From: an uncultured Clostridia bacterium
GTDB lineage: Bacteria > Bacillota > Clostridia > TANB77 > CAG-508
Length of the DNA stretch: 64,000 nt
Direction of reading: 5' to 3'
Assembly: GCA_904378095.1 (NCBI GenBank)
Contig: CAJFHE010000005.1
Location: 9,675-73,674 of the forward strand
The notes beneath the pieces were generated by a model. It saw nothing but the letters and a program-made list of their open reading frames with translations, searched no databases and was not told the DNA's origin. The position numbers were made by a program, and so were the translations under genes. This document shows, piece by piece, positions 37,861 through 47,343 of the stretch (position 1 is its first letter; every line of letters begins with the position of its first letter).

Positions 37861-39324
37861 TTACTGGGCATCTGCAGCTTGTTGAATTGTAGATGAACTC
37901 TCAAATAAGTATGGTGCCATTATCCACATAATCATTGGATTGCCTAAATCTGTTGGGAAATCTATCTGTATCATTTGAGTTGTGTTAGTCTGAGCTATTA
38001 TATAAGCTATTTGAGTTACAAGTGATTCTATTTGCTCTGCAGGCAAATCATTTATTTTTACAGTATTTGCTGTATCAAAATCTGCTATTTCTACTGGTGT
38101 ACCGAAGTTTAATGTATTATTGAAAGAATATGTAGTACTAAATGAATCAGGCATGTCTATAATAACATTAAATGTTTCTGTTACATTATTTGTATTAATT
38201 CCTTCATAACTCATTTCTATTGAAAAATTCATAAGTTCAGCCATTCCAGAAGTATTTTCGTCTGTTACATCTGTTGCATTAACATTAAATGTATATGCAA
38301 CACTAGAACTTGTTTGCTCTGCTATAAATTCTATTGTTAAGCCTTCAGCACTTAAATCAATTTTATTAGTTCTACCTCTGTTTTGAGTTACACCAATTTC
38401 AAAATTTATTATCTCTGTAATTTGTGACGAATTTAAAGAATCTATTAATTCTTGTATATCTGCTCCTGTAATTGTAATATTCTGAGTTTGACTTCCTTGT
38501 ATTGATTCCAATCCATACACTTCTGTCAATATGCTGTTTATCTTATTAATCATCATTGTATCTGTACTTAAGGTTTGTAACATGTTAACAAATATACTCT
38601 TTAATTCTGCATTAGTCAAAGTTAACACATATCTAACTGAGCCATCAGAATTTTCTACTTTTGAAAATTTGTCCTCTGCTAGTCCTTCATACATAGGAAC
38701 AATATATTGCACACTAATATGAGCTAACTCCTCATCAGTAAATTGTAAAGCCTCTATTACTTGTGGCTCTATTTTATTTGGAAGAGTTGTTACATCTGTT
38801 ACTCCTAATTTTTGAAATAATGCTTGTAAATTGTTATTTTCTACTGATATATAACTTGGTGAAAGAATATCTGACTGAATACCATATACATCTCCAACTT
38901 GTTTGTACTTAAATGGTAAGCTAACAGTGTCAGAATAATTGATTGCTATATCTTGCTCAACTTTATTATTTATGTTATCTACTTTACCTGAGAATGTAAT
39001 ATTCGTATTATTGCCATAATTAACTAATATTGCCATTTGTTGTGCAGTTTGGTCGGTACTTATATCTGCTAGTACGTCTGTATTTACTGTAAATGAGCCA
39101 TTATTTGTATATGGTGATGATTCTCTTTTATTAACATATTCTTCAAATACTGCTGGGAATATTCCATTTTCTGCATCTCCCATTTGTACAATATATTTTG
39201 AAAATAACTCCTTGTTTGTTTTTAATAAATCTGTTCCATAATAAATGTATGCAAAAGCTCCTCCTGCTAAAATTAATAAAACAACTAAAACTATTATTAC
39301 AGTTAGCAACATTTTTTTCTTCAT
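37861..39324 (-). CDS. Hypothetical membrane-anchored extracytoplasmic protein
   Basis: 487 aa with a single N-terminal TM helix; family not recognised. Confidence 0.5.
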   Translation of the reverse strand: MKKKMLLTVIIVLVVLLILAGGAFAYIYYGTDLLKTNKELFSKYIVQMGDAENGIFPAVFEEYVNKRESSPYTNNGSFTVNTDVLADISTDQTAQQMAILVNYGNNTNITFSGKVDNINNKVEQDIAINYSDTVSLPFKYKQVGDVYGIQSDILSPSYISVENNNLQALFQKLGVTDVTTLPNKIEPQVIEALQFTDEELAHISVQYIVPMYEGLAEDKFSKVENSDGSVRYVLTLTNAELKSIFVNMLQTLSTDTMMINKINSILTEVYGLESIQGSQTQNITITGADIQELIDSLNSSQITEIINFEIGVTQNRGRTNKIDLSAEGLTIEFIAEQTSSSVAYTFNVNATDVTDENTSGMAELMNFSIEMSYEGINTNNVTETFNVIIDMPDSFSTTYSFNNTLNFGTPVEIADFDTANTVKINDLPAEQIESLVTQIAYIIAQTNTTQMIQIDFPTDLGNPMIMWIMAPYLFESSSTIQQAADAQ

Positions 39325-39370
39325 AAGTTTTCCCCCTTAATTAATATAACATAATATTTATTTTCCTATT

Positions 39371-40096
39371 TTACTCTTCCCAGTTGTGATACACATTCAT
39401 CACATCATCAAGATCTTCTAGGTTATCAATTAGCCTTTGCATCTTTTCTCCATCTTTTTCATCAAGGCTTATATATGTAGATGGAACCATTTGAACCTCT
39501 GCTTGTAAAAATTCTAGTCCCTGTCCTTCTAATGCTTCTCTTACTTTTGCAAAATCTTCTGGTGATGTTGTTATTTCGTAACATTCATCAGTAGCCTCAA
39601 AATCTTCTGCTCCATTATCTAGTGCAAGCATCATCATATCATCTTCTGATAAATCTGTTGTAGTTCTGTCTATAACAATTACTCCTTTTTTAGAAAATAA
39701 ATATGATACACATCCTGATGTTCCAAGATTTCCTCCTGCTCTATCAAATGCATGTCTTACGTCTGCTGCAGTTCTATTTTTGTTGTCTGTACTTGCTTCT
39801 ACTATAACTGCTACGCCACCTACTCCATATCCTTCATATGTGATTTCTTCATAGTTTTCACTGTTATTTGCTCCTGAAGCTTTCTTAATTGCATTGTTTA
39901 TTGTATCATTTGGCATGTTGTTTGCCTTACATTTTGCTATTACATCTTTAAGTTTAGAATTACCAGCCGGGTCAGGTCCTCCTTGCTTAACTGCTATTAA
40001 TAATTCTCTACCTAATTTTGTAAATATTTTTCCTCTTGCTGCATCTGCTTTTCCTTTTTTTGCTTGAATATTATGCCATTTACTGTGTCCTGACAT
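39371..40096 (-). CDS. yebC: YebC/PmpR-family DNA-binding transcriptional regulator
   Basis: 241 aa starting [31 protein letters not shown]. Confidence 0.93.
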   Translation of the reverse strand: MSGHSKWHNIQAKKGKADAARGKIFTKLGRELLIAVKQGGPDPAGNSKLKDVIAKCKANNMPNDTINNAIKKASGANNSENYEEITYEGYGVGGVAVIVEASTDNKNRTAADVRHAFDRAGGNLGTSGCVSYLFSKKGVIVIDRTTTDLSEDDMMMLALDNGAEDFEATDECYEITTSPEDFAKVREALEGQGLEFLQAEVQMVPSTYISLDEKDGEKMQRLIDNLEDLDDVMNVYHNWEE

Positions 40097-40166
40097 GGTT
40101 AATTCCTCCTTTTTTTATACAGTTTAATTTTATCATACATTTTTGGATTTGTGTAGTATTTTTGTT

Positions 40167-40208
40167 AAAAAATCATCCTATACCTTAAAAAGTATAGAAT
40201 GATTTTTT
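40167..40208. terminator. Hairpin with flanking A and T runs between mtgA-like and yebC
   Basis: AAAAAATCATCCTATAC-cttaaaaa-GTATAGAATGATTTTTT, with one mismatch. Confidence 0.6.
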
Positions 40209-40230
40209 GAAAATAAAAGGGAATGTTATG

Positions 40231-40261
40231 TGTGCTAATTGCTACATCTACAATTAGCACA
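40231..40261 (-). terminator. Hairpin immediately downstream of the mtgA-like gene
   Basis: TGTGCTAATTG-ctacatcta-CAATTAGCACA: an 11-bp perfect stem. Confidence 0.5.
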
Positions 40262-40265
40262 GTAT

Positions 40266-40961
40266 CTAGTCTTCACTTAATATTTCGTTTTTCTCTTCTT
40301 CTGTCAAATATCCTTGTTTAACCATTTTATCTGCAACTTGTTTTTGCCTTTGTTTTGCCAATTCAGGACTCGCTATCGGATTATATACAGATGGAGCATT
40401 TGGAATGCCAGCAAGCATTATTGCTTCGCCATCAGTCATATTCTTAGGCTCTTTTCCAAAATATCCTTCACTTGCTTCTTTTACAGTGTCATAACCATTG
40501 CCAAAATATGCTGTATTTATATATAATTCTAATATTTCATCTTTTTCGTACTCGCCTTCTATTTTAAATGCCATAAATACTTCAGCTATTTTTCTAACCA
40601 TTTTCTTTTCTTGTGTAAAATACATATTCTTTGCAAGTTGTTGTGTTATTGTACTTCCGCCCTCAACATAGCTCATTGCTTTTATATCATTTATGGCTGC
40701 CCTTCCTATTGCAATTATATCTATTCCCGGATGAGTATAGAATCTGTGGTCTTCAACTGATATAACAGCATTAATATATATTTGTGGCAATTCAGAAAGT
40801 TTTGTATAATTATCCTTTTCTCTTATTTCTTCTACTTTCTCATTTAATGATGTTTCTTCTATAGCGCTTTTATACATATTATATCCATTGCCAATAAATA
40901 AAAGTCCTATACTTATTACAACTAATAATACTATGATAATTACTTTCTTAAAAATCTTCAT
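40266..40961 (-). CDS. Monofunctional peptidoglycan glycosyltransferase (GT51)
   Basis: 231 aa with an N-terminal TM helix and motifs EDHRFYTHPGIDIIAIGRA and GGSTITQQLAKN. It has no transpeptidase domain. Confidence 0.85.
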   Translation of the reverse strand: MKIFKKVIIIVLLVVISIGLLFIGNGYNMYKSAIEETSLNEKVEEIREKDNYTKLSELPQIYINAVISVEDHRFYTHPGIDIIAIGRAAINDIKAMSYVEGGSTITQQLAKNMYFTQEKKMVRKIAEVFMAFKIEGEYEKDEILELYINTAYFGNGYDTVKEASEGYFGKEPKNMTDGEAIMLAGIPNAPSVYNPIASPELAKQRQKQVADKMVKQGYLTEEEKNEILSED

Positions 40962-41173
40962 TTTTTACCACCTACTTTTCTTTCTATTTTATTATAGCAG
41001 ATTTATGTTTTTTTCTAATATATATTTTAATACTTTTTTCTTATTTTGTCCTTCTTTTAAGCTTACAAAAACATTACAATTTTGTAAGTTTTAGGTTACT
41101 CTGGGCATATCAGTATAATAACATGGATAAATTAAAAAATTATTAAGTTAATATTAAATATATCTTAAATTTA

Positions 41174-41205
41174 AAAGCAAGCTCTTTAAATAAGAAACTT
41201 GCTTT
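41174..41205 (-). terminator. Intrinsic terminator of the PBP1A gene
   Basis: AAAGCAAG-16 nt-CTTGCTTT, with TTTTAAATTT following on the minus strand. Confidence 0.5.
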
Positions 41206-41216
41206 CATAATTCATT

Positions 41217-43760
41217 CTATTGTACTGTATTATTCGGTGTATTTATAACTATTTGATTCTCTGAGCTAATAGTATTTGAAGAATCATTTATTATATTATT
41301 TGAAGCGGCATCATTTTCTCCACCACTAATAATTTCATTTTCGCTTTCATCAGTTGTTGGTGGTATATCTACTACATTTGAATTTTCTGTATTGCTATCT
41401 TCTGGAATATTATCAATTTCAGGCTCATTTGTCTCTATTTCATTATCAATAGGGTCTTCGACAATTTCATTTTCTTCAACAATTTTTTCTTCATCATCGG
41501 GGTCTAATTCAAGCTCCTCTTCGTCATCTCTATATATACCAGTAGATTGGCTAGTATTTCCTGTATTTGAGCCACTATCATTTAATTTACTACCTGAATG
41601 CTCTGTACACAAGTCAGGTGCCGTTCCTCTTAAGAAATATTCCTCATATGTATTTGTACATCCAGTTCTTGCAATCATTCCTGTATCAGCACAAATCATT
41701 TCAGTATCGATTGAGCCAGGCTTAACAAAACTTATGTTTTGTAGTCCATTGTGTATTCTTCTCATTACATTTGCCCAAATAATACCTGCTGGATTTTGAT
41801 TGTTATAATCTATTGTTTCATTCTGGTCAAATCCAAACCAAGTTACTGCAGTATAATATGGTGTGAAACCACAAAGCCATTTATCATAGTTTTCATCAGT
41901 TGTACCTGTTTTTGCAGCCACATCTATTCCTGAAATTGAGCAATATGTCGCTGTACCATGTGAGCCTTCTACAGGTTGAGTTAAAAGCTCTTTTACTACA
42001 TAAGCAACTTGCTCAGAAAATACGTTTCTTGTATCTTGCTCCGCTTCCATAATTATCTTTCCTGTACTGTTTGTAATTGATGAGTAAAAGACTGGCTCAA
42101 TATATTCTCCATCATTTGCAATGGTTGCATATGCTGCTGCCATCTCTAATGGCGTTATACCATTTTGTAATCCTCCTAAAGCCAAACCTAAACTTTCGTC
42201 TTCTTGTGTTAAAGATGTTATACCCATGTTTTCTAAATATGAAATTGCTTCTTTCGGTGTAACCTCTTCCATCATTTCCACAAATGGAACGTTTTGTGAA
42301 GATTCTAATGCTCTTCTTACAGTAATCTCTCCTAGATATCCAGCATTATTTCCTGGTGCATAGCCTCCTTCAAACGTTGTTTTTTCATCATTATATATTG
42401 TAGATGCAGTAAATATTTTTTTGTCAATTCCTGGTACTAAAACTGCAAGTGGTTTTATAGATGAGCCAGTTTGCCTTTGACTTTGAGTTGCTCTATTTAA
42501 GCCTCTAAAATATTCTTTTTCTCCAAGTCCTCCTACACACGCTAGCACTTCTCCTGTTTCATGGTCTAGTATTACCATAGCTGCCTGGGAGGTACTCTCT
42601 CCATCATCAGAATCTAGTAAATATTGCTTTTTCAAAAATTCTTTTTCTACTTCGTCTTGCATTCTAGAATTTTGTGTACTATGTATAGTAAGTCCACCTA
42701 AATATAAATAGTTTTGAGCAAAAGTTTCTGTAATGTTCTTATCTTCTGCCAAATCACCTATTACTTCTGAAATTAAAGCATCTGTATGATAAGAATAGAT
42801 TGCACTTTCTGTTTTTATCTCTCCTTGCTCAAAGTCTAACCCTTTTTCCACTTCCTTTTCTGCATCATTATATTGGTCTTCATTTATATATCCCAATTCA
42901 TGCATCTTATCTAAAACCGTTAAAGTTCTATTTTGTATTAATTCTGAATTATCACTATCTCCAAATGGATTATATGAATTTGGGGAATTATTAATTCCTG
43001 CTAAATATGCACATTCAGCTAAAGATAAATCTTCTACTTCTTTGTCAAAATAATATTTTGCACCTGTTTGAACTCCATAAATATTTGGTCCAACATAAAT
43101 TACATTTAAATATAGCTCTAGTATTTCATCTTTAGAATAGTAACTTTCTAGTAAAAATGCTTTCCACCATTCTTTTACTTTACGAGTAATAGAGTCTGTG
43201 GTATCTCCTGTTAAATTTTTTACTAATTGTTGGGTAATAGTACTTCCTCCATAAGATGAATTACCAAAATGTGTAATATATGAAAGGATTGCTCCTCCAG
43301 TTCTTCTTATATCAATTCCATGATGAGAGTAAAACCTTTCATCTTCAATCGAAACATATGCATTCACTAGATTATCTGGTATGTCTTCAAAATCTACTGT
43401 TAACTTCTTCTGCTCAGAGCCCAAAGTTGCAATAACTTCTCCAGATGTATCTACAACTACAGAATTTTCATTTAAAAACATGTCTTTAGTTAGTTGCTTC
43501 CATGAATACGCTGATACGCCCAAAGAAATTCCTAATACAATTAAAGCGACAAGGATGATAACTAAAATCAGTTTTCTTCTAAATTTTTTGCGTTTTTCTT
43601 TTTTTTCATTTTTTATTTGCTCTTTTGATTTCCTGCCTCTTTTCTTATTATTTGACACATTTTTATTTTTTTCCGCTTCTTCTCTTCTTTCCTTATCTCT
43701 CTTCATTTTCAAAACAGATTTTGGAATCTCGTCTTCTTGCTCTCTTCTTTTATTTCTCAA
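41217..43760 (-). CDS. Class A penicillin-binding protein (PBP1A family, GT51 plus transpeptidase) with a low-complexity acidic C-terminal tail
   Basis: 847 aa with EDERFYSHHGID, GGSTITQQL, SGSSIKP and KTGTT motifs, a Lys/Arg-rich N-terminus and an Asp/Glu/Asn-rich tail. Confidence 0.9.
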   Translation of the reverse strand: MRNKRREQEDEIPKSVLKMKRDKERREEAEKNKNVSNNKKRGRKSKEQIKNEKKEKRKKFRRKLILVIILVALIVLGISLGVSAYSWKQLTKDMFLNENSVVVDTSGEVIATLGSEQKKLTVDFEDIPDNLVNAYVSIEDERFYSHHGIDIRRTGGAILSYITHFGNSSYGGSTITQQLVKNLTGDTTDSITRKVKEWWKAFLLESYYSKDEILELYLNVIYVGPNIYGVQTGAKYYFDKEVEDLSLAECAYLAGINNSPNSYNPFGDSDNSELIQNRTLTVLDKMHELGYINEDQYNDAEKEVEKGLDFEQGEIKTESAIYSYHTDALISEVIGDLAEDKNITETFAQNYLYLGGLTIHSTQNSRMQDEVEKEFLKKQYLLDSDDGESTSQAAMVILDHETGEVLACVGGLGEKEYFRGLNRATQSQRQTGSSIKPLAVLVPGIDKKIFTASTIYNDEKTTFEGGYAPGNNAGYLGEITVRRALESSQNVPFVEMMEEVTPKEAISYLENMGITSLTQEDESLGLALGGLQNGITPLEMAAAYATIANDGEYIEPVFYSSITNSTGKIIMEAEQDTRNVFSEQVAYVVKELLTQPVEGSHGTATYCSISGIDVAAKTGTTDENYDKWLCGFTPYYTAVTWFGFDQNETIDYNNQNPAGIIWANVMRRIHNGLQNISFVKPGSIDTEMICADTGMIARTGCTNTYEEYFLRGTAPDLCTEHSGSKLNDSGSNTGNTSQSTGIYRDDEEELELDPDDEEKIVEENEIVEDPIDNEIETNEPEIDNIPEDSNTENSNVVDIPPTTDESENEIISGGENDAASNNIINDSSNTISSENQIVINTPNNTVQ

Positions 43761-43901
43761 TTAATCACTTCCTTTGCTACTATCTTATATATTTTATAAC
43801 TTTTCTAATATTTAAGCAATAGAATTTTTCTTAATTTTATATTGAATAAAATATCATAAAGCAAAAAACCTAAATAATCACGCTCCTATAAAGTGTGCAT
43901 T

Positions 43902-43945
43902 AAATTACAAAAGGAAATCTTAAATAGATTTCCTTTTGTAATTTT
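43902..43945 (-). terminator. Intrinsic terminator (19-bp perfect stem)
   Basis: AAATTACAAAAGGAAATCT-taaata-AGATTTCCTTTTGTAATTT. Confidence 0.75.
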
Positions 43946-43983
43946 AAATATTCTCTCTAATTTTTATACTTGATAAAAATATA

Positions 43984-44388
43984 TTATCTTATTTTCTCTA
44001 TATCAATTCTAGCATTTGTATAAGTTATGTTTTCTTGAGAAAGAGCACCCAATTGTAGCACATCTCCAGCATTTAATCTAATTATTACAGTGGCTGTGAG
44101 TGTTTGCCTATTATTAAAATTACTTGCATTTATTACAGGCCCTTCATTTAAAGTATTATCAACTGGTGTGGCATTTACCAATAAAATAGCACTAAAATTA
44201 AATCTGCCAATATCTTGCCCTACACCCGTTAATGAATATGAAATTTGATAAATCCCATCTTCATTAATCATAATTTCACTCGAACCTTGAGTATGAGAAA
44301 GAGCATCTCCTTCTACAATTTGATTTTGGCTAAAATTAATAATTGCATTTCCTACTTGGGTATTATCGCCGTGACACTGCAGTAGCAA
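43984..44388 (-). CDS. BclA C-terminal/C1q-like (TNF-fold) domain protein; probably the distal part of a frameshifted gene
   Basis: 134 codons opening with TTG directly after an in-frame TAG, with no RBS. The pattern ..EDGIYQISYSL..LLVNATPV..LNAGDVLQL..ARIDIEKI follows the BclA-C/C1q jelly-roll consensus. Confidence 0.55.
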   Translation of the reverse strand: MLLQCHGDNTQVGNAIINFSQNQIVEGDALSHTQGSSEIMINEDGIYQISYSLTGVGQDIGRFNFSAILLVNATPVDNTLNEGPVINASNFNNRQTLTATVIIRLNAGDVLQLGALSQENITYTNARIDIEKIR

Positions 44389-44527
44389 CTAAGATGTTTT
44401 TTTCATCTTGTACTATATTATTTATATAAATAATAAATATAAATATAAATATTAAAATACTTATTAATATTAAATTTATTATAGAAAATATAAGCGTCTT
44501 TTTACATATATTATTACAACAACACAT
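44363..44527 (-). CDS. Small Cys-rich TM-anchor ORF; probably the N-terminal part of the C1q-like gene
   Basis: The ATG at 44527 lies 8 nt after AAGGAGGA. It reads MCCCNNICKKTLIFSIINLILISILIFIFIFIIYINNIVQDEKNILVATAVSRR* and overlaps the 134-codon ORF by 26 nt in another frame. Confidence 0.5.
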   Translation of the reverse strand: MCCCNNICKKTLIFSIINLILISILIFIFIFIIYINNIVQDEKNILVATAVSRR

Positions 44528-44576
44528 AATTACTTTCCTCCTTTTTATATAGTATGAAAAGTAATTATGTGTTGTT
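44518..44576. repeat. Perfect 19-bp inverted repeat with the RBS in the loop and the start codon in the stem
   Basis: AACAACACATAATTACTTT (44518-44536) and AAAGTAATTATGTGTTGTT (44558-44576). The 21-nt spacer contains the complement of AGGAGG. Confidence 0.85.
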
Positions 44577-44580
44577 AAAT

Positions 44581-45243
44581 TTAAAATATTATTCCACCGC
44601 CATAGTCATAAATATTTAAACCCTCGAATTCAATTAACTCTAGGCTATAATTGTTTAAATGTTTTAATATTTTTTCTTTATTAGCTAAATTGTCACTGTC
44701 ACCAAATAATACAAATTTATTATCAAATGCCAAAGTCGCCCCTCCAATAAAGCCTTTCATATTTGAAATAGAGCCATCCGTTTTTAATAACTTTATATTA
44801 TTTTCTTCTACATACAATGTATCAATATTATTTTGTTTTAATATTTTCTCTATTCCCTTGTCAGACGTAATACAAGACTTGTCACTTGTAACCGCTACCG
44901 AGCATTTTACATATCCTTGTTTTACTAAAATATCTGGTGCTATACTTTTATCCGTATATTTACTGCCTATTATTTTATTTCCTATTTGACAAACATTGTA
45001 TAAAACATCTTTCGGATACTCTTTTTCTACCTTATTTTGCCCTATAATAAACTTATCTGTTTTTATTTCAGCATTTGGAGCTGCAATGATTTTTCCGTTT
45101 ATCTTAGTATAAAATATATCACTATGTCCTGATATTTCTTCATACACATCATCTGATAATGGCAATTTTATTATATTAAAAAACTGACTTAGATATTTAT
45201 ATTCTATTTCTCGTATTCTAGAATCTATTATTAAGTTTTGCAT
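44581..45243 (-). CDS. Hypothetical protein, possibly DUF6873/guanidino-modifying-enzyme-fold like
   Basis: 220 aa; assigned from memory of similar clostridial proteins (..EEISGHSDIFY..). The assignment is weak. Confidence 0.35.
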   Translation of the reverse strand: MQNLIIDSRIREIEYKYLSQFFNIIKLPLSDDVYEEISGHSDIFYTKINGKIIAAPNAEIKTDKFIIGQNKVEKEYPKDVLYNVCQIGNKIIGSKYTDKSIAPDILVKQGYVKCSVAVTSDKSCITSDKGIEKILKQNNIDTLYVEENNIKLLKTDGSISNMKGFIGGATLAFDNKFVLFGDSDNLANKEKILKHLNNYSLELIEFEGLNIYDYGGGIIF

Positions 45244-45329
45244 TTTATTTCACCCAAATAATATCTATACTGTGTTGCTACACGTTTTTTCTTTTTGAAT
45301 AAGAAATATATAACAACACAGTACTTGTT

Positions 45330-45995
45330 TTAATTAGATGTAAGCAACGCCGTAGCATATACAGTCGAATACTCTGTTGTAATTTCTTTAATAATTTGTT
45401 TTTCTTCTTCCATTAAGTTTCTTCCTAAATGTGACATCCTTTTATCTAATTTTTGTGTCATTTTGGCGCATTCTTTCAATTCTTTTCGTATTCCTTTTGG
45501 TATTTGTTTATCATATTTATACCTTATTTTATGCTCCAAACTTGCCCAGAAGTCCATTGCCATGGTTCTAATTTGAATTTCAACCTTTACATTAATAGTT
45601 CCCATAGATAAACTTACAGGCACAGATACAATTAAATGATAGCTCGAATAACCACTTTCTTTTGGTGTTGTTACATAATCTTTTTTCTTTAGTATTGTTA
45701 TATCTTGCATATTTTCAATCATCTCTACAATTTTATAGATATCTGGTATAAATGAGCAAATTATACGTATTCCGGCTATATCATTTATTGTTTTTACTAG
45801 ATTTTCTTGTGTTAACTCTAGTCCCTTTTTCTGCAATTTTTTGTTAATACTCTCTTTACTTTTTATTCTACTAGTTACATGCTCTATTGGATTATATTTA
45901 TGTAATGTTTTAAATTCGTTATTAATTACCTCTATTTTTGTTTCTAATTGTTTTAAAGCGGCACCATACATAAGTGTAAGCCTCTTATACTCCAC
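45330..45995 (-). CDS. Small alarmone synthetase (RelQ/RelP-type GTP pyrophosphokinase)
   Basis: 221 aa with ..HVTSRIKSKESINKKL.., DIAGIRIICSF, SGYSSYHLIV and EIQIRTMAMDFWASLEHKIRYK. It uses a GTG start. Confidence 0.88.
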   Translation of the reverse strand: MEYKRLTLMYGAALKQLETKIEVINNEFKTLHKYNPIEHVTSRIKSKESINKKLQKKGLELTQENLVKTINDIAGIRIICSFIPDIYKIVEMIENMQDITILKKKDYVTTPKESGYSSYHLIVSVPVSLSMGTINVKVEIQIRTMAMDFWASLEHKIRYKYDKQIPKGIRKELKECAKMTQKLDKRMSHLGRNLMEEEKQIIKEITTEYSTVYATALLTSN

Positions 45996-46141
45996 ATCCT
46001 CTTGCAGTTTATTTTCATCCTTTTTTACTACTAATTCTCCGATAGGTCATCAACTCCCTTCGTTTATATTTATACACTACTATTATGTCCTTTATGTGCC
46101 ATTTTACTGTTTATTTAAAGTTTTGTCAAATTAATTTATTC

Positions 46142-47281
46142 TTAATTTTTTCTCATAATTCTAGTCACATTCGTATCTGCCAAAAAATTAGACACATTAT
46201 ATAGAAAAAGTACATCAGTTATGCCATTTTCTTTTGCATATTCTACATAATCAAAATTCGTATATCTAGGGTCTAAGAAATGTACCTCATTATAATTCTC
46301 ACATAAGAATTGTGACATAATATGAGCATACGAATCTTTTATAACAAGTAATTTTTTATTATTATTTACTTTCGTTTTAATAATCGCTTTACTGTTGTTT
46401 CCATTCAAGAAATAAGAATATTTATCTTTTCCTTCTAAATATTTTGCATTAAAAATGCTGTCTGTTGTTTCTTTATCATAAATAGCTTCTTCTATGTTTG
46501 TATTTATCTCATTTTCATAAACAAATATCTCATCTGGTACTTGATTCATTAGCTGTGCTTTTGAATCAAAAGTTCCTAGGAAATTATTTGTTACAGTAGT
46601 CTTTGTAAAGTTTTCGATAGGAACTGCTTGCTCATTAGAAGCATTGCAAAATTCTCTATATACTACATAAGCACCATCACTATTCATATGATGATCTGTT
46701 CTAAAATAAAGCGGTTTTTCTTTATTTTCTTCTGTAAGTGCTGTTGTCACATCTATATTTTTAGTATTACTCATATTGGCATAAACTTCATTTATAATTT
46801 CTTTCTGATTAGGAGTTTCTACATTGTCTGGTAGCTTATCACTATTGATATAAATGGAATTAGGTACTAAGATAAAATAGATTGATATATCCATGTTTTG
46901 CATGTTTTGTGCAAAATCAGAAATTGCTATTGTATTGTTTTTTATATTTTCTTTTTCTTCATCTCCATATTCGAATTTTTCGAACAAATAATTATCTTTT
47001 CCTATATATACACCATTATTCTCTTTTTTTCCCATCACACTTACTTCCCACCAGGAATTAAGTTTTAAATAAATGTTTCGAAAAGCAAAATGGTCATTTA
47101 TATAGTCATTTACTCCATTTAAATATTTGCCACTAACAAAACTTTCGAAAGAAAATCTTGGCATGCTTGCAAGCATCCTATTCTCTTCTTCTGAAAATAC
47201 TTGTTTTGGCCATATGAAATTTATTACTATTATTCCAATCCATACTGTCATAAATATGGCAAAAAATATCTTGTTTTTCAT
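46142..47281 (-). CDS. DHHW-family protein (AlgJ/DltD-like partner of an MBOAT)
   Basis: 379 aa with an N-terminal TM helix and the signature YFRTDHHMNSDGAY. It lies downstream of the MBOAT gene. Confidence 0.8.
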   Translation of the reverse strand: MKNKIFFAIFMTVWIGIIVINFIWPKQVFSEEENRMLASMPRFSFESFVSGKYLNGVNDYINDHFAFRNIYLKLNSWWEVSVMGKKENNGVYIGKDNYLFEKFEYGDEEKENIKNNTIAISDFAQNMQNMDISIYFILVPNSIYINSDKLPDNVETPNQKEIINEVYANMSNTKNIDVTTALTEENKEKPLYFRTDHHMNSDGAYVVYREFCNASNEQAVPIENFTKTTVTNNFLGTFDSKAQLMNQVPDEIFVYENEINTNIEEAIYDKETTDSIFNAKYLEGKDKYSYFLNGNNSKAIIKTKVNNNKKLLVIKDSYAHIMSQFLCENYNEVHFLDPRYTNFDYVEYAKENGITDVLFLYNVSNFLADTNVTRIMRKN

Positions 47282-47343
47282 GCTTCTACTCCTTTTCTAG
47301 GACAATTTTGGAAGGTCTTTTCATATTATCTTTCCCAATTGTC

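Noticed and set aside
45330-45995. The small alarmone synthetase as a toxSAS toxin with the neighbouring unknown gene as antitoxin
   Set aside because: The sequence follows the housekeeping RelQ/RelP pattern. The neighbouring gene is downstream, separated by 86 nt containing a hairpin, and there is no overlap or tight coupling.
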